A DNA stretch of 63,873 nt, filler included, from Chiloscyllium plagiosum (GCF_004010195.1; 5 parts of 5 records of this genome joined end to end with filler, not necessarily neighbours in it); one strand, 5' to 3'. Counted from the whole stretch's first letter, positions 50,464 through 62,762 are shown. A program made the numbers and translations. The notes: generated by a model not told the origin, from the sequence alone.

Positions 50464-51612
50464 ACACGCTCTTCTCACAGACACACACAACCCCCCCCCC
50501 CACCACCACAGACAGACACACATACACATATGTGGGGTTTGTGGGGTGACTTTGTACTTGCAGAGTTACATTGTACTTTGTTCAAAAACTGCATGCATCC
50601 ATGTAAGACTCTGTTAACTCATTTTTTAGATTAGATTCAGTCTAAACATTATGGCACAGACAACAGCACACCGGGGGCTAACACCTTCAACACATTATCT
50701 GGGCTGATACCAATTGTTAAAGTTAACCTGAGAATTTTAATTTTAAAAAAAAGTTTTGTGATTTACATATAAAAGAAGAGAAACTAACATGGTCATTCTA
50801 ACAGATGAGAGACTTACCAAACAATCAAGGTAATTTTCAATGTATAATTTCAGTTACATCACACTGTAAACCTCTGCTATAAATTCTGTGTCTTACAATT
50901 GTGTACTCCACAACCACCTGATGAAGGAGCAACGCTCCGAAAGCTAGGGTTTCCAATTAAACCTGTTGGACTATAACCTGGTGTTGTATGATTTTTAACT
51001 TTGTCCCCCAAATCTAGCCTTGGTAAACTCACTTCTTTCTTACCAAGCCTATGTTTTCTTTGTCTTCCAGACTCACTCACTTGCATTTTAACTTCTAATT
51101 CCATCTCAGCTGCTCTCCCCTCTGAAATACTTGTCAAGATTCCATCAGCCTGTCAATCCAGTTCAAATTCATCCAACAGCATTTGTAAACCTCCCCATGA
51201 GATTATTACTCCTGTTCCTGGTCAGCTGTAACCTGTCCAGTTCAAACTAGACCCCCAACCCCTAGAAATAGTCCCAATATTTTTTTAATTTCAAAAATAA
51301 ACTTTATTAATTTAAAAAAATCTTTATATCCATACATAGTCACTAGACCAGTTTGCATATGGAGAGCAAGCAAACATTCCCGACAGTTTCAACAAACAAA
51401 CCTAAGGCATTTCTTACTTATGCAAGATACTTTTTGCATATATTTCAGGGTCCAATAACTGAACGGACCCCTATTGTACTTTGGCTGAAAGAGCTTAGAT
51501 GGTGGTCTTTCCGTACCTAAGGGCCTCTGTCACCCGCTCCTTTCAATGATGCTGACTGCCTGTCACAGAGTCTTCACCTTCCCTGGTCCTCTCAATTGTT
51601 GACTAATTGTGA

Positions 51613-51943
51613 CACAATGGCTCAGTGGTTAGCACTGCTGCCTCGCAGCGCTCAAGGACCCAGGTTCAATTCCAGCCTCGGGTGACTGTCGATGTGGAGT
51701 TTGTACATTCTCCCTGTGTCTGTGTGGGTTTCCTCTTGGTGCTCCAGTTTCCTACCACAGTCCAAAGATGTGCAAGTTCGGTGGATTGGATATACAAAAT
51801 TGCCCATAGTTTCCAAGGATGTGCAGTCTAGATGGACTATCCATGGGAAGTATAGGGTGGTGGGTCTGAGTGGGCTGGTTTTTGGAGGGTCAGTGTGGAC
51901 ATAATGGGCAAAATGGCTTGCTTCCCTACTGTAGGGATTCTAT
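51613..51943 (+). mobile_element. tRNA-derived shark-type SINE
   Basis: TGGCTCAGTGGTTAGCACTGCTGCC and GGTTCAATTCC. Confidence 0.85.
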
Positions 51944-53802
51944 GCAAGGTAAATATCTGTGATTGAGAGATTTGGGAAAAGTTAAACACTTTTCTTTCTC
52001 CTCTCATTGTCATGTTCCAATTTACTTGGTTCCTAAAATGCTATTTTCTGAAAGAAGGCTGTGACATTCCTATTGACGTGAATCAATACAAACTTTCAAT
52101 TGTTTCCTAAGGGAATCAATTCCTTGGATTGGCCACTGAAAGAGTAATGGTCCTCATATTTATGGGGAGTTCTCAAGAGATGCTGAAAATGGTCAAGGAA
52201 TATAGTCATTGACCCACAGACTTTGCCTAATTTAACAGCAGGAGCTCATTCTAATTTCTTTTTTCTATTTGCCACTTGGCAGCGGGCAAATGATCTGGCC
52301 GCCAGGCAGGAGGTTGTGATCCTTGACTATTTTAATGAGGGGGTTTTAGTGGCTTTAAGCTTGAGGCTTGAGGAACAAGGAGAGAGAAAATCGTGAGAGA
52401 GCAAGAGGAGAGAAGATCAGTGCTTGAGATGGGGGTGCGGGGGGGGGGGGGGGGGTGATGAGTGGGTGCAGAGAGAGACAAATACAAATGTGGGAAAGGA
52501 GGAAAAGGCCAGAGATCGGTGTTTGGGTGGGGCAAGGTTGGTTTTTGCCTGTGATATGGAAAAGATGTTGACATTTGATGGGTTAGGGGTGATTCCACAT
52601 TGTAAGAGAAGCTACGAATGGCTACTGGAGGAGGAACGAAGGAGTCGGTAGAATCACTTGTATTTCTCCACCAGAAAAGGAGCTCTGAAACAAATATCAC
52701 ATTGCTCCTTGAGTCGACAACTGCCCATTACCTTTTGCTGCCAGCTTTCTCAAGATCTGAGGAGACTATACAGGGTTGAATTTAAACTTGGTTTCTAATT
52801 GAATAATGAGAACCCATGTTAATGAAATATTTTATCTATCCATGTTGGAACACTTATGGGAGATAGAATCTATTACCATAAAAATAGTGGCAGTGCACAT
52901 GTGGTGGTTGTGGTCATATTCTCAATTTTGTTCTTTCCTTAATGCCTTAATTCTTTTCTTGCCCACTGTGAGAAGGCAGCAGAGGGATTAATATCGTGGT
53001 CAATATTGATTAATTTCAAATTAATCTCCCTTCCTGTCCTCTCCCTCTCCTTGTCCTCCTTCCTTTTCATTCCTGATAAAAGGTTTCTGCCTGAAACATC
53101 GATTCTCCTGCTCTTCTGGTGCTGCCTGACCTGCTGTGCTTTTCCAGTGCCACAATTTTCGACTGTGATCTCCACTAACCTCAATTTCTCTTATTATCCG
53201 AGTTCAAATCCTACCAGGCAGATGGTGGAATTGGAATTCTGGAATTAAGAGTCTAATGATGTCGATTGCCAGGGAAAACCCCATCTGGTTCACTAATGAG
53301 CTTTAGGGAAGAAAACTTGTCTGGTCTGGCTTACATGTGACTCCAGATCCACAGCAATGTGGTTGACTGTTAACTGCCCTCTGGGATGGGCAGTAAATAC
53401 TAACCTAGCTAGTGATACCCTCACCCTGTGAATGAATGAAAAAAGCCCTGTCTTTCTTAAATGGCAGTGACACCAGAGCTATAGAGTCAAAACGTGTGGT
53501 GCTAGAAAAGCACAGAAGGCATAAGCTCTTCAACGTTGACTTTCCTACTCCTCAGATGCTGCCTGATCTGCTGTGATTTTCCTGCACCATACCATTTGAC
53601 TCTGACTCTCCAGCATCTGTAGTCCTCACTTTCTCATATAGGTTGTTATTAGCCAAAGGTATTACTGGTAGATGAAAGGGAGTAAAAACAGATATATGGA
53701 ATTATGTCGCAGATCAAGCATGCAACAATTAAATGGTGGGGCAATCTCAAAGGGTTAAATAGTGAATTCCTGCTGGTGTATTATTAATAGCTTAATCTAC
53801 TT

Positions 53803-54162
53803 AGAGTCATAGAGATGTACAGCACGGAAACAGACCCTTCAGTCCAACTCATCTAGATATTCTAAATTAATCAGACCAGATATTCTAAATTAATCTAGTT
53901 ACTTTGCCAGCACTTGGCCCATATCCTTCTAAACCCTTCCTATTCAAATACCCATCCAGATGCCTTTTTAATGTTGTAGTTGTACCAGCCTCTACTACCT
54001 CCTCTGATAGCTCATTCCATACATGCACCACCCTTTGCATGAAAAAGTCACCCCTTAGGTCCCTTTTAAATCTTTCCCCTCTCACCCTAAACTCCAGTTT
54101 TGGACTCTCCCACCCCAGGGAAAAGACCTTGTTTACTTAACCTATCCATTCTCCTCATGATT
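53803..54162 (-). mobile_element. CR1-type LINE 3' fragment (related copies at ~56280-56720 (-) and ~57790-58360 (+))
   Basis: ORF FFMQRVVHVWNELSEEVVEAGT. Confidence 0.85.
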
Positions 54163-55113
54163 TGAAGGGTACCTTTACGGAATCTTGTACCTATCTACTC
54201 AAGAGAAGTTTGCTTTTCTGCTTCATGTAAAATTGCCTTCTTTTTTCCATCTTTTACAATTCCTATTATCCTTTCCCATAAAGACAGGCATTATTAATCA
54301 AAATTAAATTAGTGGAGGGGCTGTTCGATGAACAAAGAATCAAACTTGAATTAGAAGTAAAAAAATGTGGAACTTTCTCAAATTATTTTGTCATTAGCCA
54401 AGTCAAACGTGCCCTCCAGTCTGATGGTTGTGGAAAGTTTAAAGTTTGCCAACGGACATCACGGTCTCCTTCTTTAGGGACGCCAGAATGTAGATATAGC
54501 TGCTAAGGAATGGAGGGTAGTTGGAACTGCTAGTCCTTTTGATTGTATGCTGCCTGGACCAAGCTGTCAAGCTGAGGTGTAGACCCTTGTGGAAGTCCTC
54601 TGACTTAACCTCTCTCTTCCTCTGTACCAGATGCACAAACTAGGAGCATGGGGCTGTAACCCAGCTAGTAAAGCAATGAAAAACCCTTCTTATTCTTACT
54701 GTTGAAATGCATTACTACACAGACGTTTGTATCAAACAGTATTTTCCACCAATCTGCCAGCTACAGTTCTGCATTTTCACAATCTTCTTCATAGCATATG
54801 TTAATCCTAAATTGATATCGGCAGCAAATTCAGATAATATCCATTCAACTTGCAAGTCTAGATGTATGAAATAAGAGCACTAGGGAATGGGGAGCATCGT
54901 TTATCTTTGCAGTCTTAAACATTTCTGTTTATCCTTGTCTTTGTTTTGTTGCTCTCCAACCACTTCTCTATCTATGTCGGCCCCAGTTTCTATGTGCCAT
55001 TATCTTGTCCCTGAGTGACCTGTCCAGTATCCTATGAAATATTGCATTTTCACATTTGGAATGCCCGTATTTATTTTATCATGGTTTTGCGTTCCTTGAA
55101 ATAAATTACTTAC

Positions 55114-55476
55114 CCGTCAGGATCAACTTGGTCCCGTTTCTTAAGGCTAAGACCCCAAATTGCCAGTCCATGCAGAAATAAAGGCCGGCGTCAGATGCAT
55201 TGACACTTTCTATTGTTAAGTTGAAGCTCCGGGAATCCAGAGAGACACGAATGGATGCTGTGGTCGGCAAATATTTGGGACGGAAGACATGCTTTGTGTT
55301 GAAAAAGGAATAGACCAGAATCACAGGTGTCTGTCCTTCCTGCTGCTTCAGCCAGTATGTGTAGGTTTGGTCAATGAAGGACTGGATCTTTATGAAACAC
55401 ATGAGGGTCACATTATCTCCCAGCCTGACAGACCGGGATTCAGCAGTTTGCAAGACCAGGTGATGACAGTGAACAT
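55114..55476 (-). CDS. Single-exon V-J-type Ig-superfamily domain (non-rearranging), exon 2
   Basis: Acceptor TTCCCTCCAG|; VTLMC, YWLKQ, LTIESV, DAGLYFC, then J-like LRNGTKLILT and phase-1 donor G|GTAAGT at 55113. No heptamer or nonamer follows the V. Confidence 0.88.
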
Positions 55477-56939
55477 CTGGAGGGAATGAAAGCAGAAAAC
55501 ATGACAGTAACAAGGAGTAACGTAAAATTTCCTCCATTACAGCAGCATGTTTCGACGATAAAGAGCAGAGGTATGCCCTTCAGCCCATTGAATCTGATTC
55601 AACGAGAACATGGTTGATCTGATAAACCCCAACTCCACTTTCCTGTCTTCATCCTATAATGCTTGACTCCCTTACTGATTAAACATCTATCTCAGCCTTG
55701 AATAAACTAAATAACGCAAGGTCAACAGCCCTCTGTGGCAAAGAATTCTATAGATTCAATACCTTCAGACCAGAAATTCATCTTCATCTGCCTCTTAAAT
55801 GTGTGACTCCTTATTTTGAGAGGTTTTTAATAAATTTCCTTGATGCTGAAACACTGTGGAATATCCTAAAGTCCTGAAAAGGGCACGTATTATCCAATTT
55901 CCTTCCCAAGAATTTGACGATGATTTCAGAACTCATAATTAGGATTAAAAGCAAATGCTGGAAATCCTAGTTGTGTAAAAAAGAAGGTTGAGACTGCTCT
56001 GAACAAGAGTCATTACTGGACTCCAAATTATAACTCTGTTTTTCTCTCTCTACAGATGTTGCCAGATTTGCTGAATTTCTCCAGTACTGACTGTCTTTAT
56101 ATAAGTTAAAAATGCTTTTGTTCAACAATTGGAAAGGATTACACATATTTAAACCCATTTGGAAACATTCGCATCACAGCGTCTGTTGATGTACACTCGC
56201 AGCTTGAGGCCTGGTGATGCAGTGGCAGTATCCCTACTCTAGTCTAGGAGACCTGGGTTCAAGACCCACCTGCTTTAGAGATAGAATCATAAAGTTGTAC
56301 AGTACAGAAACAGAAGCTTCAGTTCAAATCATCCTAACTGATCAGATATCCTGAATTAATCTAGTCAAGTTTGCTAATATTTAGTGCATATCCCTCTATT
56401 CATATACCCATCCAAATGCTTTTAAAGTTGTACTTTTACCAGCCTCCACCATTTCCTCTGGTAGCTCATTCCATACACACACCACCCTCTGTATGCAAAA
56501 ACTGCCCCTTAGGTCCTTTTAAATCTTTTCCCTTTCACCGTAAACCTCTAGTTTTGGACTTCCCTACCCTGGGGGAAAGATCTTTGCTATTTACCCTATC
56601 CATGCCCCTCATGACTTTATGAGCCCCAGTAGGGTCGCCTGTCAGCGTCTGAAAGCTCCAGGGGAAATAGTATCAGCCTATTCAGCTACTCCCTGTAGCT
56701 CAAACTGTTCAAATCCAGACATCGCTGAACACATTGATTAGAAAATACCTGAATGTAGGAACCAAATGTAATGGCAATCATAATCAGATCTCCACTCCTA
56801 CATTTATAAGGGCTCATGTGGCACAGTGGTAGTGTCTGTACCTTTGAGCCAGGAGACGCGGCATTAAAGTCCCACCTGTCCCAGTGATGTGTCATAAAGA
56901 ATCTGAAGAAAGTTGATTAAAAAATATCTAAAAACTTAC

Positions 56940-56976
56940 AGCTGTGCAGGAGAATAGGGACCAGCAGATGCCACAT
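56940..56976 (-). CDS. Leader exon of the V-J-type gene (MWHLLVPILLHS)
   Basis: AACATG start, hydrophobic 12 codons + 1 nt, donor GTAAGT at 56939. Splices in frame to give MWHLLVPILLHSYVHC. Confidence 0.8.
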
Positions 56977-57039
56977 GTTTGGCAGAGAATGACTCCTCCC
57001 CAGGAGCAAGTGCAGAAAAGTGCAGTAACCTGTCGCGCC

Positions 57040-57135
57040 CCAGACTGGGGTGGTAGCCAGGAAAATAGGTCACTCAGAGATTCCCCTCCCTTCCACCCAC
57101 CCCCACCCCCCCTTTCCTGTTGACACCACGGTTTC
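57040..57135 (-). promoter_or_regulatory. Putative promoter of the V-J-type gene
   Basis: Minus strand has CGTGGT (RUNX-like), CAGGAAA (ETS-like), a GGGGTGGGGGTGGG GT-box and GGGGAATCTC (NF-kB-like) within ~160 nt of the ATG. Confidence 0.4.
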
Positions 57136-59500
57136 GAAACTTGCAACCTTGATGTGTTGAGACCAAATGGAAAATGGTTGATTAATCTTGCTCGAGATAC
57201 GAGCACCCTTTACATTTTATTCAAGGCAGCACCAATGATGTTAGAGGCAAGAACGGAATGTGTTCAGAAGAGAAGATCTGAAACGAATGTTCAAAATGGA
57301 ACACCCTCATCTGAGAAGAGACCCCAGGGTTTTATGAGAGTCAGGTTAACAGTGCGAGCTGAGAATCTATCTCACCCCGTGTCCACAAGTAGATGGTGGT
57401 GATGGAACCGAGAGGATCTAATCGGTAGGAAGACCCTTTGGCAGCTGGGAGTCTGACAGAAGGCTGATGGGTGACTTCACAGTTTAGAAATTAAGAAGAG
57501 ATTCCATATTGTCAGAAGCTGTTTCCACTCATGGGGGAAGGCAAACACTGGGCGCTATAAAGATGTAATGATGTGTAACCAACTTAATAGGAAATTTGGA
57601 AAAAAAATGCCTTTTAACCTGTGCATAATCTTGGTTTTCTGGAGGTGGATGTTAGAGATAAATTACCTGTAACACTACAGGTAAGGTGAATCTTAATAAC
57701 AAAAAGGGAAAAAGAGGAATGAAATATTGGAGGGGAGTTGGATGAAAATGAGTGGGCGGAGCTTGGTCTGGAGAAGAGACACCCAAACTTTCATTGGTCA
57801 GAATGAGTACAGGAGCTGGGATGTCTTATTGCAGCTGTACAAGATGTCGACAAAGCCACATATGCAGTACTGGTCGCTATGCTATAGAAAGAATATTAAA
57901 ATAGAAAGAGTGAAGGAAAGATTTACTGGAAGGTTTGAGTTATAAGAAGAGGCTGAGGCGATTTTACTGGAGGTTAGGAAACCGATAGGTGACCTTACAG
58001 AGGTTTACAAAATCATGAGTGGCATAGATAAACAAGATAGCATCAGCTTTTCCTCATGGTAGTGATATCTAAAACTAGGGGTCATAGGTTTAAGGTGAGA
58101 GGGGAGAGATATGAAAGCGTCTAGAGGGGCAATGTTTTCACACAAGGTGGTGAGTATCTGGAATGGGATGTCAGAGGTAGTTGTGGAGGCAAATGCAATT
58201 TTGTCATTTTAGAAACATTTAAACCGGTACGTGGATGGGATAAGTATAGAGGGATATGGATCAAGTGCAGGCAAACAGGACCAGTTTAAGTTGTGAAAAC
58301 TAAGCAGCCTGGACAAGTTGAGCTAAGGGCTTGTTTCCATGGTGTAGACCTCCATGACTCAAAACTGTTGAATTCATGTTCTGTGCTGTAAATTACAACG
58401 TGATAGCCTCAGACTATGTGCTGAGAAATACACTAACACCAGAGGCAGCTGCCTCTCAAGCACAGCGGAGCAAGGTCATTGTCTAATGCCCTTCAATATA
58501 GCACAGTAAGAAGCTGGGAACTGTGTAGAACTATTCAGAGAGTAAAGCTAACACAGAATAGACACTGTGATCATCAAGATTATCACAGTCGTAATGAGGC
58601 AGAGGGGGATATGGTATAATGGGACAGGTTCAATTTAATTGCAGTTTCTGTAATTTTCAGTATATAATGTTTAGTTATGTACTTTTATAAACCTTTAATC
58701 AGGCTTAGGAAATTTGAAAATAGGAAATAGGAAAAATGTCCATAAGGACTCTCACTAACATCTACAGATGCACCACAGAAGGTATTCTATCCAAATGCAT
58801 GATGGCTTGGTATGGTAACTGCTCTGCCCAGAACTGTAAAATATTGTGGACATAGTCCAGTCCATCACGCAAACCAACCTTCCATTCATTGACTCCATCT
58901 ATTCTTCTCATTGCCTCAGAAAGACAGCCAACATCATCAAAGACCCCTCGCATCCCAATTATAATCTCTTCTACCCTCTTCCGTTAGGCAGAGAATACAA
59001 AAGCCTGAACATATATCCCAACAGGTTGAAGAACAGCTTCTTACCCCCTGCTGATATTAGACTTCTAAATGGATCGCTCAAATTTCAAATCTAATGTTGA
59101 TCTCGCTCTTTGTTTACCTTTTTGCAGCAGTAGCATTGTATTCCTTGCCCTGTTCTATCCAATTGTGAGCTTTGTATGGTGTGATCTGTCTGTACTGCAT
59201 GGAAAACAAAACTTTTCACTGTACCTAGGTATATGTGACAATAAATCAAATCAAATCAAAATATTAGCAATTGAAATGAACATTGAATCCCCAGACCTGA
59301 GCTGGGGAAGGTTTCTTAGATTCTGGATCAGTGGTGCTGGAAGAGCACAGCAGTTCAGGCAGCATCCGAGGACAGGCAAAATCGAGGACACCTCTTCCTA
59401 CTGCCCCCTTGACCATGACCCCACCCCCCATCACCAAACCATCATCTCCCAGACCATACAGAACCTCATCACCTCAGGAGATCTCCCATCCACAGCTTCC

Positions 59501-59600
59501 NNNNNNNNNNNNNNNNNNNNNNNNNNNNNNNNNNNNNNNNNNNNTTAATTAATTAANNNNNNNNNNNNNNNNNNNNNNNNNNNNNNNNNNNNNNNNNNNN
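59501..59600. other. Artificial scaffold join (N44-TTAATTAATTAA-N44)
   Basis: 100-nt gap with spacer. Confidence 0.97.
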
Positions 59601-59823
59601 GCGAGGTCGGTGGGGGCGGATGTGACGTCATCGTCGGCGGCAGGTATTGCAGCGGGCGATGTTGCGGCCGCGTGCGTAATGGCGTCAGACTGATTTCGGA
59701 GGCCGATGGATCAAAGGGCCTTTTTCCTGTGCTGTATAAGGTGATTATGCGAAAACGGTTATAAATAATGCCTTATTAATGTTAATCCCAGATGCTCTGT
59801 TTAACTCAGAGCACAACATGAAC

Positions 59824-60129
59824 CTGGACATGGCATTTCTTTGCTCTTGTGTGACCCGCTGTGTTGAACCTCACAGGAGATTTTGCTGGGGCAACCTACC
59901 GCTGACTCGGGCAGGGTTAACTGGCTGCTCAGGGTATAGGTTCCCTTCTTGTTTCTCACTGAGGGGTAAATCCTCAATCCAGTCGTGATTAGCTCCCCAC
60001 CTTTCTTCCAGGTTACCTTGGTGACGTCAAGGGAATAGTCCATCACCAAACAACCAAAGATCACAGAACCGGTGTTGTGCTCCTGACAGGAGGAGACCAG
60101 GCCATAAAGCGTGGGGGGAGATGGTGTCT
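59824..60129 (-). CDS. IGHM: Immunoglobulin mu heavy chain CH1 exon (isolated contig)
   Basis: [15 protein letters not shown]...GCLVMDYSL...TWKKGG...[17 protein letters not shown]...CEVQHSGS...MPCP matches the shark C-mu1 pattern as recalled; 306 nt, phase 1-1; donor GTTCAT. Confidence 0.88.
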
Positions 60130-61194
60130 CTACAATAGAATGACCAATTGAGCATGTTAGTTTCTGTTAATTTGACCCTATCGTTACTCAAATGTATCCT
60201 CAGCTGTAAATCTGGGATAGTTTACTGTAAATCAGTGAATCTGGGATAGTTTTTGCTTGTTAATCAAAGGTGTTAAAGAGTTTTAGCCAAAGAGAGACCT
60301 GTGGATTTAGCTCACAGATGCTTCATGATCTAAGTAAGTAGTGGAACAGCTCGAGGGGCTGAGTGCCCTCCTCTTGCCCCTACCTTCCTATCATTGTGTC
60401 ATTCATTAAGCTAGCGCTGGCGGTGAACACTTTTTATTAAAATATTTCAACAAAGTAATTGTTTCACACATGCTTTAGAAAAAAACTTCTGCTGATTATT
60501 TGGAACGGGATCATTGACATTCTCTATCTGAGTGATCAAAATAACTTCCATCCAATTACAGCAGCCACTGCACTCTGGAGTATGTTGTTACTTCATAATA
60601 GTTTCTTGTAAAACTACAGCTCGAGATCAGGGCGGTCAAATTCAATGATTCTCTGATATTTAATATTTCTGAACATTCGCAACTTGTTCAAATGCATCTT
60701 TTCTCTGAAGAACGTGTTTAATCGAACAGAACTTTTTTCAATGAAACAACACACTTTAAATGCTAGAAAACCAAAATAAAGACAGAAATTTCTGAAGAAA
60801 CTCAGCAGGTCTAGCAGCTCCTGCGGAGAGAAGGCAAGGTTAACCTTTCGCATCCACAGATCCCACGCCCCCTTCACCAAATTGTTTTCATGTTTTTGGC
60901 ACAAGAGCTCACACCTGTTGAGATAAACAGTCATTACGTTGGCTTGACTCCTGTTGGAAAAAGAATTCTTAGCAGAGGTACTGGATGGTCTGAGATGGCA
61001 ATTGAAGACCAACTGAAAAGCTATCACCATCTGCAGCAAGTGTTGGATTCAGCGGAACTCCCACCGTACTGAACAATCAAATTCAGCTACAGCACTGGTT
61101 TAATAAAAGGTAAAACAGCCTAAGCATAATCTCATCAAATATGCTTCGAAAATGATTCATTCTGGATTAGTTATAAATGATATTGTTTAACAGC

Positions 61195-61294
61195 NNNNNN
61201 NNNNNNNNNNNNNNNNNNNNNNNNNNNNNNNNNNNNNNTTAATTAATTAANNNNNNNNNNNNNNNNNNNNNNNNNNNNNNNNNNNNNNNNNNNN
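61195..61294. other. Artificial scaffold join (N44-TTAATTAATTAA-N44)
   Basis: 100-nt gap with spacer. Confidence 0.97.
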
Positions 61295-62023
61295 AGGCCC
61301 TGCATTCCTGCTGAAAGTGCCCCTTCTAGCCCTAAATGTAGTATCTCTCTCCTGCTCCCGGGACCCCATTGCCCTCTCTATTCTCTCCCTCATGTTCCGG
61401 ACCTTGAGGGTGGAAGGTTTCACTTCATATACCCTTTCCCTCAGGCTTCAGCTCGGGTCATTTCCAAAGCTCACACGAGACAGAGACTGAATCTTCTTCA
61501 TCTTTATTCCCTTTTCCAGGACAGAAAACAGACTGCAATTAACAGCCCAGACAGAGGAAGCTGCACAAATTCACAGCCACAATAGAGCTTGAGGAAAACA
61601 CTTGAAGAGATTTCCTCAATATCATGAGAATCCTGTTCGTTTAAACAGTGACAAAACCTTAAATTGGAACTGATGGCTGTGCAGGAAGGAGATCTGTTTT
61701 ACTGAAGCAGAGACTTCTGAGGTTCACATTGTTTTTGTACATCTGGCACTTTTCAGCATCTTTGAGTGGTTTTATTTGGCATTACCAGTCATCACTGCCC
61801 CAATCAAACACTTCCAGAATGGGTCAGCATGGAGTTTGATACAGAGTAAAGCTTGTTTTTAGTGATCGCAATGACCTGACTTAACCCTTGAACCTCAGAT
61901 GTGTCTCCAAGCCAATCCCAAGAAGGAATATTTGAAATTCAGTGCTGACAATAAGCTTTACTCTGCCAGCTCAGCCCTGTTCTATTTAAAGTTGTGTCTC
62001 CTCTGTGGACTGTCTAAAACATT

Positions 62024-62352
62024 CTACACACATTCTGATCTCCTGATGCTCTTGCTGAGGGGAGAGGGGAGGGTCATGTGGGTGAGGGCACAGGAGAAGC
62101 GAGCGTTGGACTCCCAGTCAGACCCAGAGAGGGTCAGCAGGCTGCTGACACTGTAGGTGCTGTCCGAAGCTCGCAGGTAGTTGCTGGTCTGAACCCCGTC
62201 TGAAATGACTGCACCGTCCTTCTTCCACTGCACCTCCAGCTCATCGGGATAGAAGTGATTGGCAAGGCACACCAGGGTGGCAGTGCCCTTGGCATTGACC
62301 TGATCTGGGGAGGGGGGCAGCAGGGTCAGCTTGGGCTGAGAGTTTTCACCAC
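62024..62352 (-). CDS. IGKC: Immunoglobulin light chain constant exon, kappa (shark NS4/type III-like), intact (isolated contig)
   Basis: Acceptor TTTTCAG|; GENSQPKLTLLPPSPDQVNAKGTATLVCLANHFYPDE...TSNYLRASDSTYSVSSLLTLSGSDWESNARFSCALTH...RSECV*; penultimate Cys. Isotype assigned from recalled similarity. Confidence 0.85.
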
Positions 62353-62762
62353 CTGAAAAGCCAGAGAAACAATTTTAATCCCTGCCATTCAAAGGGATTT
62401 CAACTCTGAACATTAACTGGTAAAGCAACCATTTGAAGATTTGTGACCAACACCAAACAAACCTCATAAAAGGACAGGGATTTTTACACATTCTCCCCGT
62501 GTCTACTTGGGTTTCCTCCCATTGTCACAAGGATGTGTAGGCTAGGAGGATTATCCATGGGAATTATAGGGTGGGTGGGATAGTATTTGGAGGGTCAGTC
62601 TAGGCTGAATGGCCTGCTTCCACACTGTCGGGATTCCATGTTTTCTAAAGGAGATAACTATGAGAAGGAGGCAGTCAGTGCATGACTGAGGGTGTTGTAC
62701 TTCGATGCATCGAGTATATGAAACAAGGAAAATGAGCCTGTAGCGCAGGGACGTGGCTGCAA

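Noticed and set aside
55106-55537. Calling the inverted V domain a TRBV30-like rearranging V-beta
   Set aside because: No CACAGTG/23-spacer/nonamer follows the YFC motif. The exon already contains a G strand and splice donor. The ORF-track Met at 55537 is intronic.
59601-59700. CpG-rich stretch with TGACGTCA as an IgM regulatory element
   Set aside because: It abuts a gap and resembles the GC-rich end of a repeat; no independent support.
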